Assembly: GCF_046119375.1 (NCBI RefSeq)
Contig: NW_027362773.1
Coordinates: 208,630,001-208,694,000, forward strand
Direction of reading: 5' to 3'
Length of the DNA: 64,000 bases
Origin: Phyllobates terribilis
Taxonomy: Eukaryota
Shown here: piece by piece, positions 23,751 through 34,922 of the stretch
How the letters are laid out: each line of letters begins with the position of its first letter
Numbering within the stretch: position 1 is the stretch's first letter
The notes under the pieces: model-generated
The model's input: only the letters and a program-made list of their open reading frames with translations
The model's database searches: none
Told to the model about the DNA's origin: nothing
Position numbers and translations under genes: made by a program

Positions 23751-24673
23751 CACATATACTTTACACTTGAAAAAAAAAAAAAAAGCTCTCCGCTAGTTTT
23801 TATCCCGCCGCACTTTTAGCTTGTAACCGGACAAATGAACTTGGTGACCACTTTTATTGCTCCGATGCATCTAAAATAAAAAAAAAAAGAAATAGCAACT
23901 TTGCAAAAAAAGTCTTGATGAAAATCTCCTTCCGCATACAGCGGATATATCGACTTGCATATCTCCTAATCCCTCCTAGAAGCATCGGAGCAATATATAA
24001 AGCCTTGCAAAAGTGTACATACCCTGTAAGCAGCAGGAACATACTATGAAGTTTATCACTTATACAATAAATATGTAAACTTTTAAAAAAAAAAAAAAAT
24101 CACAAATGATCTAAATGATTAAATATCTAATGATTGTTTCTTACTGGAACTATAGAGATAAAATACTAAGAACTGGTAATACTGACATCTTGTATATCTC
24201 CTCCTATGTCTTATTCATGGCTTCTGCCTACTACGCTCCATTTCTCTGTACTTGTCGATAGCGGTCAAGATATTTTGTGGCTTGGGAAACAAAGCCTATA
24301 TGGCAGCCGTCTGCTGCGCCCATCCCATTTGCTTTTGTTTTTTGGGATTCTTTCAAGAAGTGAAAAGAAAGTTTTCACGGTAAATATTCAGTACATAGGC
24401 GCGATGGGTTAAAGGAGAAAATAAACAATAAAAGGGGGTGCTTGGTCAGCACCACGTGCCTCCGCTTCCCTATCCGATTGCACCGAGACACAAATCCGGC
24501 CTAACAATTGAACTTAGCAATTCCTAAAAGATTCCACCTTACTAATAAAAACACTACTAGAGAAAGGCATGGGGAAAAGGAAATGTGATTAGCTAGTTTT
24601 GGAAGGAATGTACAAGCCTCGGCCGTGGGTGACGACACCGAGAAGGGAAACCTTTGCGTCTAAACAGAAATCT

Positions 24674-27600
24674 TCAGTTCTCGGACAGCGACAGAGCGAG
24701 GGCCGCTTGTAACGCTGCTTCTTCATCGATGCTGTAATCCTGGAAAACAAAGAGACCCCAAAATATAGGTGAGATCGGAGAGGGGGGCATACAGTATAAA
24801 ATCCTTAAAGATCGGAGAAATATTAGACACAAAGCCATTATATGACAACTCTTCCCGGACACTGTGGGGACCCACCGTTCTAGTGACCGTCCACATCAAC
24901 TTGTGAATGACACTACTGAAATCTCATGCACATGGGGCTTATTTTTTTTTTCTCCGCAGATTTAAATCTGTCAATTTTTGCTAAGTTTTTCGCCCATATT
25001 AATGAATGGGGAAAAATATGTAACAAAAACACGTTAAAAACATGTATATTGTAAGCAACGATTTTCCCGACAAACACACCAGGATCTGAAAAGAAAGAAG
25101 TTTATAAGTTGGACAAGCTCTTAACCGTCTCTGTTCTCTTGGGAGCTCAGTACATTAGCAGCCATTGGGTCTGGTGGGGAAAGATAATTGGGATTTTACA
25201 CAGGGAAACGTGATTTTTTTTTTGTTTGTTTGTTCTTTTAGTATTGTTCATTTTCTAAGTGCAATATTAAGCAATTTACTAAATCATTTTTTCAATAAAA
25301 TTTCCTCCCATTTTGTTCCACCTTAACACAAATCTCACATCCAGCCTATATTACTGGGAGAGACACACAGACCTCACACCCAGCCTATATTACTGGGAGA
25401 GACACACAGACCTCACATCCAGCCTATATTACTGGGAGAGACACACAGATCTCACACCCAGCCTATATTACTGGGAGAGACACACAGATCTCACACCCAG
25501 CCTATATTACTGGGAGAGACACACAGATCTCACACCCAGCCTATATTACTGGGAGAGACACACAGACTTCACATCCAGCCTGTATTACTGGGAGAGACAC
25601 ACAGACCTCACATCCAGCCTATATTACTAGGAGAGACACACAGAGCTCACACCCAGACTATATTACTGGGAGAGACACACAGACCTCACACCCAACCTAT
25701 ATTGCTGGGAGTGACACACAGAACTCACATCCAGCCAATATTACTGGGAGAGACACACAGAGCTCACATCCAGCCTATATTACTGGGAGAGACACACAGA
25801 GCTCACATCCAGCCTATATTACTGGGAGAGACACACAGAGCTAACATCCAGCCTATATTACTGGGAGACACACAGATCTCCCATCCAGCCTATATTACTG
25901 GGATAGACACACAGAGCTCACACCCAGACTAAATTACTGGGAGAGACACACAGACCTCACACCCAACCTATATTGCTGGGAGGGACACACAGAACTCACA
26001 TCCAGCCAATATTACTGGGAGAGACACACAGAACTCACATCCAGCCTATATTACTGGGAGAGACACACAGAGCTCACATCCAGCCTATATTACTGGGAGG
26101 GACAGAACTGCAATAGAAAAGCCTAAAACTTGTTCTCCTTGCTCGTGAGCATACATACCACAAATGTGTCGTACGAGAATTTATGCCGGTGAAGAAGGTG
26201 CTGAAGAAAATTGGCACTCTTATAGCTGGGATCCCCCCATGGCATTGCTGAACAAATAGGGCAAACCTAAAAGGAATAAAAATAAAAAGTGCAACTGTAA
26301 AAAGAGCGCTGTAACCATGTTAAATCCAATGTACAGAATCGCACAGCTTTAAGTCCTGAATAATAAAACAGACAATTCCAATAGGACGCTCCAGTTTTTG
26401 TTAAATCATTGTGAGTCCTTAAAGTGGAAGCTCACTTAGAAAAGAAAAATTCCCCCAAATGCTCAGTTGTTCTCAGGGTGTCTGATGCTGGGACCCTCAT
26501 GATTGCAAAATTTTGCTATTTTTTCATGCACTTTGATCTGCATCGCACAGGAAATGTCTGAGCAAAAGCAGAAGTGTCTGACAGATGGGTGTTAGTTTGC
26601 AAAGTGCTGCAAATACATGATATTTTCTCTTCCAGAAGTTGATCACGGCAGGAGATGAGTAAACTGCAGAATAAAGCATGGGTGCACTATGTTTTTTAAT
26701 CAAAAGGACACCCTGTAACTTTTCCTAAAAGGTCCCGTCTTCTCCGAGATCCACTCCTATGCTGGGACTTACCACTTTGTTGGGGTCACTTCTATGGTTC
26801 TCCATGCAATGTTTCACAAGTTCTTGCTGGTCCAGGTTTCGGGCTCCGCAATATGGACACACGAAGGTGGAACGGTTTGGAATATTACTGTGAAAAGTGA
26901 CAGCAGATGAAAAAAAAATACATGATTGGCAATATGATAAACAGGGGGAAACAGAGTTCACAAATGGTTTAAAAAATAATATTTATTAAGTATCTTAAAA
27001 ATATATAGAAATATATAACAAGAGTAATAAGACAAAAAGAAAGCTGTCCACAGCACATATATGAAAGTACAATGTATCTAGCATGTGCTAATATAGCAGG
27101 CAGCCCCACTACAAACACCCATAGTAAGTATATTGCAAAATGTCTGGAAAACCAGTGATCACAGTAAAAGATGTTAATGGAGTATGGGGAAAGTGAAACA
27201 GTCTTACCGCACCGCAGTGGGGTTGAGAGCTCAGGTAGACAGAGGAGGAAATGGAAGGAAGCCCGACGCGCGTTTTGAGTTTTTCAATGACGCTTTCTCA
27301 AGGGTCAGGTGAGACTGTTCCCCTCTCCCCATACCCCATTAGCATCTTTTACTGTGATCACTGAATGGGGTATGGGGAGAGGGGAACAGTCTCACCTGAC
27401 CCTTGAGAAAGCATCATTGAAAAAAGCGAAACGCGCGTTGGGCTTCCTTCCATCGCCTCCTCTGTCCACCTGAGCTCTCAACCCCACTGCGGTAAGACTG
27501 TTACCCTCTCCTCATACCCCATTAGCATCTTTTACTGTGATCACTGGTTTTCCAGGCATTTTGCAATATACTTACTATGGGTGTTTGTAGTGTAATTTTC

Positions 27601-30600
27601 CTTCTATAAAATGGTCCTTCTATAGCCTCAGTGTTTTACTGCCTATTACTGCAGAATGAGGTGACATGGAATCCATCAGTGAGCTCATTCTGATGGTGCA
27701 ATTTAAACCGAACTCTTATCTCTCCCTTTTCTGAGCTCCTCTCAGCTACCACAGACCACATCAAAGTTGAATGTGGCGGGAAACAAAGAGGCCGCAAAAG
27801 CAAAACGGTGCAACATTTTTTTTTTTTTTTTTACTAAAGATCAATTTTCGCCCCAAACACATGCATTTAATAAAAAGAAAAAAACCCTTTAAAGATATAT
27901 TCCTAATAATCAGTTCCCCAGACGGTGTGATAAAGCAGGTCAGCAAACGATGGGACCAATTACCTTGGAATAGGTTGAGATGTTGGGACTACAGGAACAA
28001 ACTTTGGACAGTTGGCCATCTGTTCTTGGACTTTGGCACATGAAGAAATGTGAGATCGCATCTTTGCGAGGGTCACCTGTAAGGTAAGGAACAACAAGTC
28101 TTTACTTTTTTCTTTGTTTAGTCTCCACATTTAAAAAGCCATAAACTTTTCTTTTTCCATTGATGTAGAAGTATCACGGCCATTTTTATATATTTTTTTT
28201 TAAATGACACCCATTTATTTATTTTTTTTCTGTGATGGTGGGAGGGGGGTTAAAAAAAACACAGTAATTCTGCATTAATCATGATCCCTACCTTCTGCGG
28301 GTCCTTCTGATCTCTACGTAAGATTTTTTTTTATCACTTTTTAGAGCATTTAATAGCATTTTTAAAGATGTTTACTGCGTGGGATACAAGTGTTAATTTA
28401 TTCTATTATCCTATTAAAATTATTTTATAAATAAAAATTTATCAGCGGTGAGAAAGTGATCATTTTTATTTTTTTTACTTGGAATTAAAAAAATGTATTC
28501 TATATTTTATTACATTTTTTACTTATTTTTATTTTAGAAATAAAAGTTTATCAGGTGTGAAAAAGTGGTAATTTTTATTTTTTACTTGGAATTACATTTT
28601 TTTCCCTAAGTCCCAGTAGGGGACTTGAACGTGCCAGCCTCTCTTCGCTCATATAATACACTGCGATATTCCTGTTTCACGCCTAATATACATTCATACA
28701 TGGCAGGCCTGGGGTAAGCCACTGAAGCTGGATGGTTAGGGGTAATGGGGTGCCCTATTCCTCTAACCGTTTAGATGCTTCACTCTGCATTAACCGTGCC
28801 ATCTAAGGGGTTATATGGCCGTTTAGCTCTGATCCTGGCCGTTAGGAAGGGTGACAATTTGCTAGAACGGCAAGAACCCTTTTATGACAGGGGGAATATG
28901 ACAGCAGCGCTTACCTTCTTACTGCAGCCTCGGCAGGGGGCCTTATACGAGGAGAGCTGCTTGTCGACATTGGAGGCCTTCTCCACCTTCTTTGGGTCAA
29001 ACGGCATACGACAGAGGGGGCATAGAGGAGAGGGGACCTGAAGACATGGCTGCAGGCACTCACCGCAAAACCTGTAAGAAAAGCGGTCCATTTTTTTTGC
29101 AGCAGTTTGATGATGGCAGAACGCTACCAGCAAAATATATGACACACATTGCAACAATAATAAATGGGAAAAAAATCAAAAAAATGCAAGAATGTGGGAG
29201 GTTATTAACTCATGCACTGCCCACTAAGTTACACAGAGCAGTACAGGCTGGTAGAGGGCCTCAATTCATCATGTGTGTAATAGTCTGTGCCGCCTGCGCT
29301 GTGTATGATTAAGGACTGTAATATTGTTCGTCTCGCTTTAAATTCTCAGAAACGCCGACTTTACGCTCGGCAGAAACATAAATGGGGAAGACGGCATTCA
29401 TCACCGGGCGAGAATAAAGCAATCACATTAGCATTGCTTCTGCAGGGAGGAAATACAACACTCATAACTCACCGCGTTCTGCCTCTATGTATCATAGGGG
29501 GAAAAGAAATAAAGGGGCAACCTCTCATCCAGACAAGACAGATCAGAACCTGCATGTGATTCATAAACCTGCGCAAATCCAGTAGCATGTTTTATAACAA
29601 TGACCTGAAATCTGTGGCTATTGTAAAACTACTAATCCCAGAATGTCCTGACAGCCGACCGCTGCTCTAGCAATGCACCGCATGTCGATCAATCTAGGCT
29701 AGCCTGCAATTTTTGGAAGACTCGACAGTGATCTTCAGAGATCCATCCGGGTTCCGAGAGATCCAACCGGGTTCTGATACAATCTGCTACAGTGAGAACA
29801 AAATCGGTCCTTTTCTCTCAGATGTATGAATGAGATCCATCAGGCAGCATGGTGGCTCAGTGGTTAGCACTGCAGACTTGCAGCGCTGGGGTCCTGGGTT
29901 CAAGACCCACCCAGGACAACATCTGCAAGGAGTTTGTATGTTCTCCCAGTGTTTGCGCGGGTTTCCTCCGGGTTCTCCGGTTTCCTCCCACACTCCAAAG
30001 ACATACTGATAGGGAATCCAGATTGTGAGCCCCAATGGGGACAGTGCCCATAATGTCTGCGAATTGTCTGAAATGTAAAGCGCTGTGGAATATGTTGGCG
30101 CTATATAAATAAAAACATTTATTATTATTATAGAGTTCCCGATAGAGAGCCATCAGAGCTCTGATACCATCTGCTACAGTGAGGACAAAATCGGTATTTT
30201 TCTCTCAGATGTGTGAACATAGCCTTAGACTTTGGCAGGATAACATATACACAGTGTTTTTTAGCCAATTTTCAGAGTGAAAATCTAAGAAATTTTAAAG
30301 CTAGTAAAAAGTGCAGTAGGGTGGTTACAATAATCCCAATCCAGGATGTCACCCAGAGATCTACGATCTGGGAATGGCGCGCACACTATATGGACACAGG
30401 TATTGTGCCCCCTCCGTATTCCCCTATAGGAGCTTTTCTGACATATGTTCTAAATCCATAGATATTATATGGAGTCGCCCCTCTGCTGATATAACGGCCC
30501 CGCTCTTCTGGGAAGGATTTCTAGAAGATTTTGGAAATGGCTCTGTAAATTTTTACTCCTTCATCCAGAAGAGCATTTGTGAGGTCAGACCCTGACATTG

Positions 30601-33600
30601 GGGAGAGGCAGAGCTCACAATCTCCGGTCTAGTTGTTGGGGTTAGGCTCTGTGAGGCTGGTCATGTTCTTCCAACCATGTCTGTGTGGACCTTGTGCACT
30701 GGGCACAGTCATGGGGAACAGAAAAAGGTCTTCTCCAAACCGTTACCACAAAGCTGGAAACTGCAATTGTCCAAAATGTCTTGTGCTGAAGGATTATGAT
30801 TTCCCTTCATTGGAACTGAGGCCCCAATGCCGACCCCTGATAACAGCCCATAGCATTATCCCTCGTCTACCAAACTGTACAGCGGGCACAAAGCAGTCAA
30901 GCAGGTAACGTTCTCCTGGCATTCACCAAACTCAGACTCCCCCATCAGATGCCAGAGAGAAAAGTGTGATCCGTCACTGCACAGAACACGTCTCCTCCAG
31001 AGTCCAGTGGTGGCAGCTTTACACCACTCCATCAGACGCTGAGCAGTGTACTTGGTGATGTGCGGGTGCATGCATCTGCTCAGCCATGAAGCTTCCAGCG
31101 GGGGCGCAGTGTTTGTGCTGATACTAGAGGAGGTCTGACTGCAGTTATGGGGTCAGCAGAGCGGTGGTGACTTTTCTGCCATGTGCTCCATAACCTGCCA
31201 CTCTGTAACGTTACTGGGTCTCCACTTCCTGGCTGAGTTGCTGCGGTTCTTTCCACTTCTCAGTAATATCACTCACAGGTGATGGGGGAAGATTTAGGAG
31301 GGAAGAAATGTCATGAACGGACTTGTTACCCCTGTGGCCCCTATTACAGGACTGCGCTGGTATCAGTGAGCTCTGCACCACCGGCCGTTCTGTCACATGT
31401 TAGCAAGGGCAGACGTCATGGCAGGGGGCCGGAGGTTATACACCGGGAGCAGAGGGGACAGATGTTATACACTGGGAGAATGAAAAGATGAATACTTCTC
31501 TCGGTATAGTGTATATCTACACAGTTATGCAGAATATAAAGCCACCATTCCTCTTATGTCTGGGTACATTGCCAGTCTAAAAGGGGATGTCCTATAAACC
31601 ACATTTATTTCCTATTCTCAGTACAGCTGATCAATGTATGATTACAGGGGGGTTTAGCTGCTGATATTCCCACCGATCCAGAGAAGCGGAGCCCAAGAGG
31701 TTGCCTGTATGAATGGAGAGGTAATGCACATGTGCAGTCATCCCCAATATAGACAGGTGATAGAGCAGTAGCTGCTCATGATCGGTGGGTGTCACCAACA
31801 ATCGGACCCCCCGCAATCTGATATTTATCATACATCCTGTGGATAAGTATAAATAAGTATTTATAAAACAACTGTGACATTCTGATAATGAACCAGAGAA
31901 ATCAGGAAGCAGAGAACCAGGTCTGTACAGTGAGGGAGACATCTGGTTACTGCTGGAAATTAGATTACAGATAATGACATAAATGGATATAAAGTGAGTG
32001 ATTATGAGCAGTGACAGCACACTCCGGCCAGAGGGAGATTAAAGGGACACTCCAGCAGTCAATGATCCCAATATGTATTGAGCATCCAATTGATATTCGG
32101 GGTGATATGGAACAATGTAGGAAAGTGATCTCCAACAGATGCCTCTCCGAGTTATAAATCGTATTATACTCCAGTGCTGTATTCTCAATTCTACGGGTAT
32201 AAAAGCTAAAACAGCACAGCATTCCCTGCTTTTTCAGTTTCTAAACAAAGCTCTAGAAAAAGGTACAGTCAGCTAATGTAGGAAAAACAAATCAATCTAC
32301 TGGGTATGAGTGACAACAATCTTGTTCACTGACAGAACAGAGAGCGCAGCTCTGGAGTATAATACAAGAGGTAACTCAGGATCAGTAATGTAATGTATGT
32401 ACACAGTGACTGCACCAGCAGAATAGTGAGTGCAGCTCTGGAGTATAATACAGGATGTAACTCAGGATCAGTAATGTGATGTATGAACACAGTGACTGCA
32501 CCAGTAGAATAGTGAGTGCAGCTCTGGAGTATAATACAGGATGTAACTCAGGATCAGTACAGAATCAGTAATGTAATGTATGTACACAGTGACTGCACCA
32601 GCAGAATAGTGAGTGCAGCTCTGGAGTATAATACAGGATGTAACTCAGGATCAGTACAGAATCAGTAATGTAATGTATGTACACAGTGACTGCACCAGCA
32701 GAATAGTGAATGCAGCACTGGAGTGTAATACAGGATGTAACTCAGGATCAGTACAGGATAAGTAATGTAATGCATGTACACAGTGACTGCACCAGTAGAA
32801 TAGTGAGTGCAGCTCTGGAGTATAATACAGGATGTAACTCAGAATCAGTAAAGGATCAGTAATGTAATGTATGTACACAGTGACTGCACCAGCAGAATAG
32901 TGAGTGCAGCTCTGGAGTATAATACAAGAGGTAACTCAGGATCAGTAATGTAATGTATGTACACAGTGACTGCACCAGCAGAATAGTGAGTGCAGCTCTG
33001 GAGTATAATACAGGATGTAACTCAGGATCAGTAATGTAATGTATGTACACAGTGACTGCACCAGCAGAATAGTGAGTGCAGCTCTGGAGTATAATACAAG
33101 AGGTAACTCAGGATCAGTACAGGATCAGTAATGTAATGTATGTACACAGTGACTGCACCAACAGAATAGTGAGTGCAGCTCTGGAGTATAATACAGGATG
33201 TAACTCAGGATCAGTAATGTATGTACACCGTGACTGCACCAGCAGAATAGCGAGTGCAGCTCTGGAGTATAATACAGGATGTAACTCAGGATTAGTAATG
33301 TAATGTGCAGAATAGTGAGTGCAGCTCTGGAGTATAATACAGGATGTAACTCAGGATCAGTAATGTAATGTATGTACACAGTGACTGCACCAACAGAATA
33401 GTGAGTACAGCTCTGGAGTTTAATACAGGATGTAACTCAGGATCAGTAATGTAGTGTATGTACACAGTGACTCCACCAGCAGAATAGTGAGTGCAGCTCT
33501 GGGGTAAAGTACAGGACAGGTAACGTATGTACACAGTGACTGTACCAGCAGAATAGTGAATGCAGCTCTGGAGTATAATACAGGATGTAACTCAGGATCA

Positions 33601-34418
33601 GTAATGTATTTATAAAGATACAGTTTCACATTATAAAGTGGGCCATATATCGTCACCGGAATAAGGAACCTGTGTCAGTCTTGGCTGCAGCTTTACAACG
33701 GTTATGGGGAAACTGATGGAGGAGCTTCCAGTCTGATGTCTTGTCTACGAGAGCAGCAGGTACCAGAGCTGAATAGAACACGCAGTAATATAATGCACTA
33801 ACACTATGCTGGACCGGGCTACATAAAAATAGAAGAGCGCCTCACACAACGATAGCAATAAATTATTTACAGAAGTCATCGATTCTAATAAACCTCAGAG
33901 CTGAACTCCCAATTCAGCTGCAGCACCCAAGTCAGAATTTTCGGTGACTTTCCCATTCATTTGAAAGGCGTTTGCAAAAAATCAGTGCACCCGCTGCAGA
34001 GGACAGACGGGTGTGACTGGGGGCCAAAGGCGTCCCATCCTCCTGCGCCCCCACTGTATCATTGTAAGGGGCTCCCCAAAAACATGGAGGAACTTGTCCA
34101 TGAAATCTGATGGTGGACATCCCCTTTAAGTTTCCATCCTGGGGGCATATTATACTATGGGGGGGGGGGGGGGGTCTCTGACGCTGTATATAAGGTGCCC
34201 CTTGATGACGGGTTACCCATCCCCCACCCCTTGTCCTCCATTACTCACGTGTGACCGCAGCTCCCGATGGCCACAGGCTTGTAATACACCTCCAGGCAGA
34301 TGGGGCAGCCATACTGCGTCTCCAGGCTGTCTGCGGACGGCGAGGACTGGCTCTGGTGAGTATGGTGCTGCTGCCGGTGCTGGGAGGACGAGGACACCAG
34401 ACTACGGAACATTGCCAT
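24674..34418 (-). CDS. RNF166: E3 ubiquitin ligase RNF166; exons 34418-34249, 29071-28915, 28076-27964, 26887-26773, 26266-26159, 24739-24674
   Basis: MAMFRSLV...CPICLEVY...[26 protein letters not shown]...[18 protein letters not shown]...[21 protein letters not shown]. All junctions GT-AG and in phase. Candidate AATAAA at 23858-23853. Confidence 0.98.
25326..26100. repeat. 39-bp minisatellite, about 20 copies, RNF166 intron 5
   Basis: CTCACATCCAGCCTATATTACTGGGAGAGACACACAGAC tandem units. Confidence 0.97.
27107..27592. repeat. About 486-bp fold-back palindrome with a Penelope-type hammerhead relic in each arm, RNF166 intron 3
   Basis: Arms CACTACAAACACCCATAGTAAGTATATTGC... and ...GCAATATACTTACTATGGGTGTTTGTAGTG; each arm has CCC-TTGAGAA...(G)AAACGCGCGT(C/T)-GGG. 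Confidence 0.75.
29843..30131 (+). mobile_element. tRNA-derived V-SINE with an L2-type tail
   Basis: A/B-box head GGTGGCTCAGTGGTTAGC...GGTTCAAGAC; V-domain GTTTGTATGTTCTCCC...GGGTTTCCTCCGGGTTCTCCGGTTTCCTCCCAC; tail TGTAAAGCGCTGTGGAATATGTTGGCGCTATATAAAT(ATT)n. Confidence 0.88.
30384..31350 (-). mobile_element. Old, degenerate Tc1/mariner fragment
   Basis: [16 protein letters not shown]...[12 protein letters not shown] resembles Tc1 KPHITxxNAKRRxEWCK...WSDESRF; TIR-like CACTATATGGACA at the left end. Confidence 0.7.
32341..33608. repeat. About 70-80 bp minisatellite, about 17 copies, RNF166 intron 1
   Basis: GCAGCTCTGGAGTATAATACAGGATGTAACTCAGGATCAGTAATGTAATGTATGTACACAGTGACTGCACCAGCAGAATAGTGAGT units. 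Confidence 0.97.
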
Positions 34419-34922
34419 GACCGCGACACAAGCACCGTCACCTCCGCGGCTTCAGCAGGACATAAACACTGCGCGTCATCCCTCTGCGCCGCCGTGTGAC
34501 GTCACCCGCGCGACACGCGTCGCCATGGAGACCCCTCAGGGCCCGGGAAGCTTTACAACCCCCTTATTCACATGTAATGCAACACAGAAGCGTGAAGCCC
34601 ACAGCTGTATATCGCCAGGGAGCCAAATAACGCATCCGAAAAGGGAAGAAAGTGGACGCAGGCTTCTACTGAGGGATAATCCGCCATATTGAGTGAGGGC
34701 AGAACGGGGTGATTGGGGCTGAGACTGAAAAGATGCGTCCTGTTTCCCTGTGGGAGGGTTAGAAACCGTTAGTGTTAATGATTTAAATGTAATGGAGCAA
34801 TTATTCGATATCTATTGTTAGAAAAACTGGTCTATAACCACAGGCGCAGACATTAAGCGTCACCCTGTGCTAGTGACGTCATCGGTCGGCGCCGGAGGTT
34901 GCTGGGAGTGCACGCTGCAGCT
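34419..34922. promoter_or_regulatory. Bidirectional CpG-rich promoter of RNF166 and CTU2
   Basis: Divergent ATGs about 500 bp apart; CRE TGACGTCA at 34497 and 34874; RFX X-box-like GTCGCCATGGAGAC at 34519; YY1-type CCGCCATATT at 34681. Confidence 0.8.

Noticed and set aside
25326-26100. Regular repeat arrays (also 32341-33608 and 35079-35741) as CRISPR or coding repeats
   Set aside because: No unique spacers, vertebrate intronic context, and the ORFs are by-products of stop-poor units.
29843-29915. tRNA gene
   Set aside because: It is the tRNA-derived head of a V-SINE and continues into the V-domain and L2 tail.
29775-30216. About 55-bp direct repeats flanking the SINE as a giant TSD
   Set aside because: The copies are diverged and part of a local tandem repeat into which the SINE inserted.
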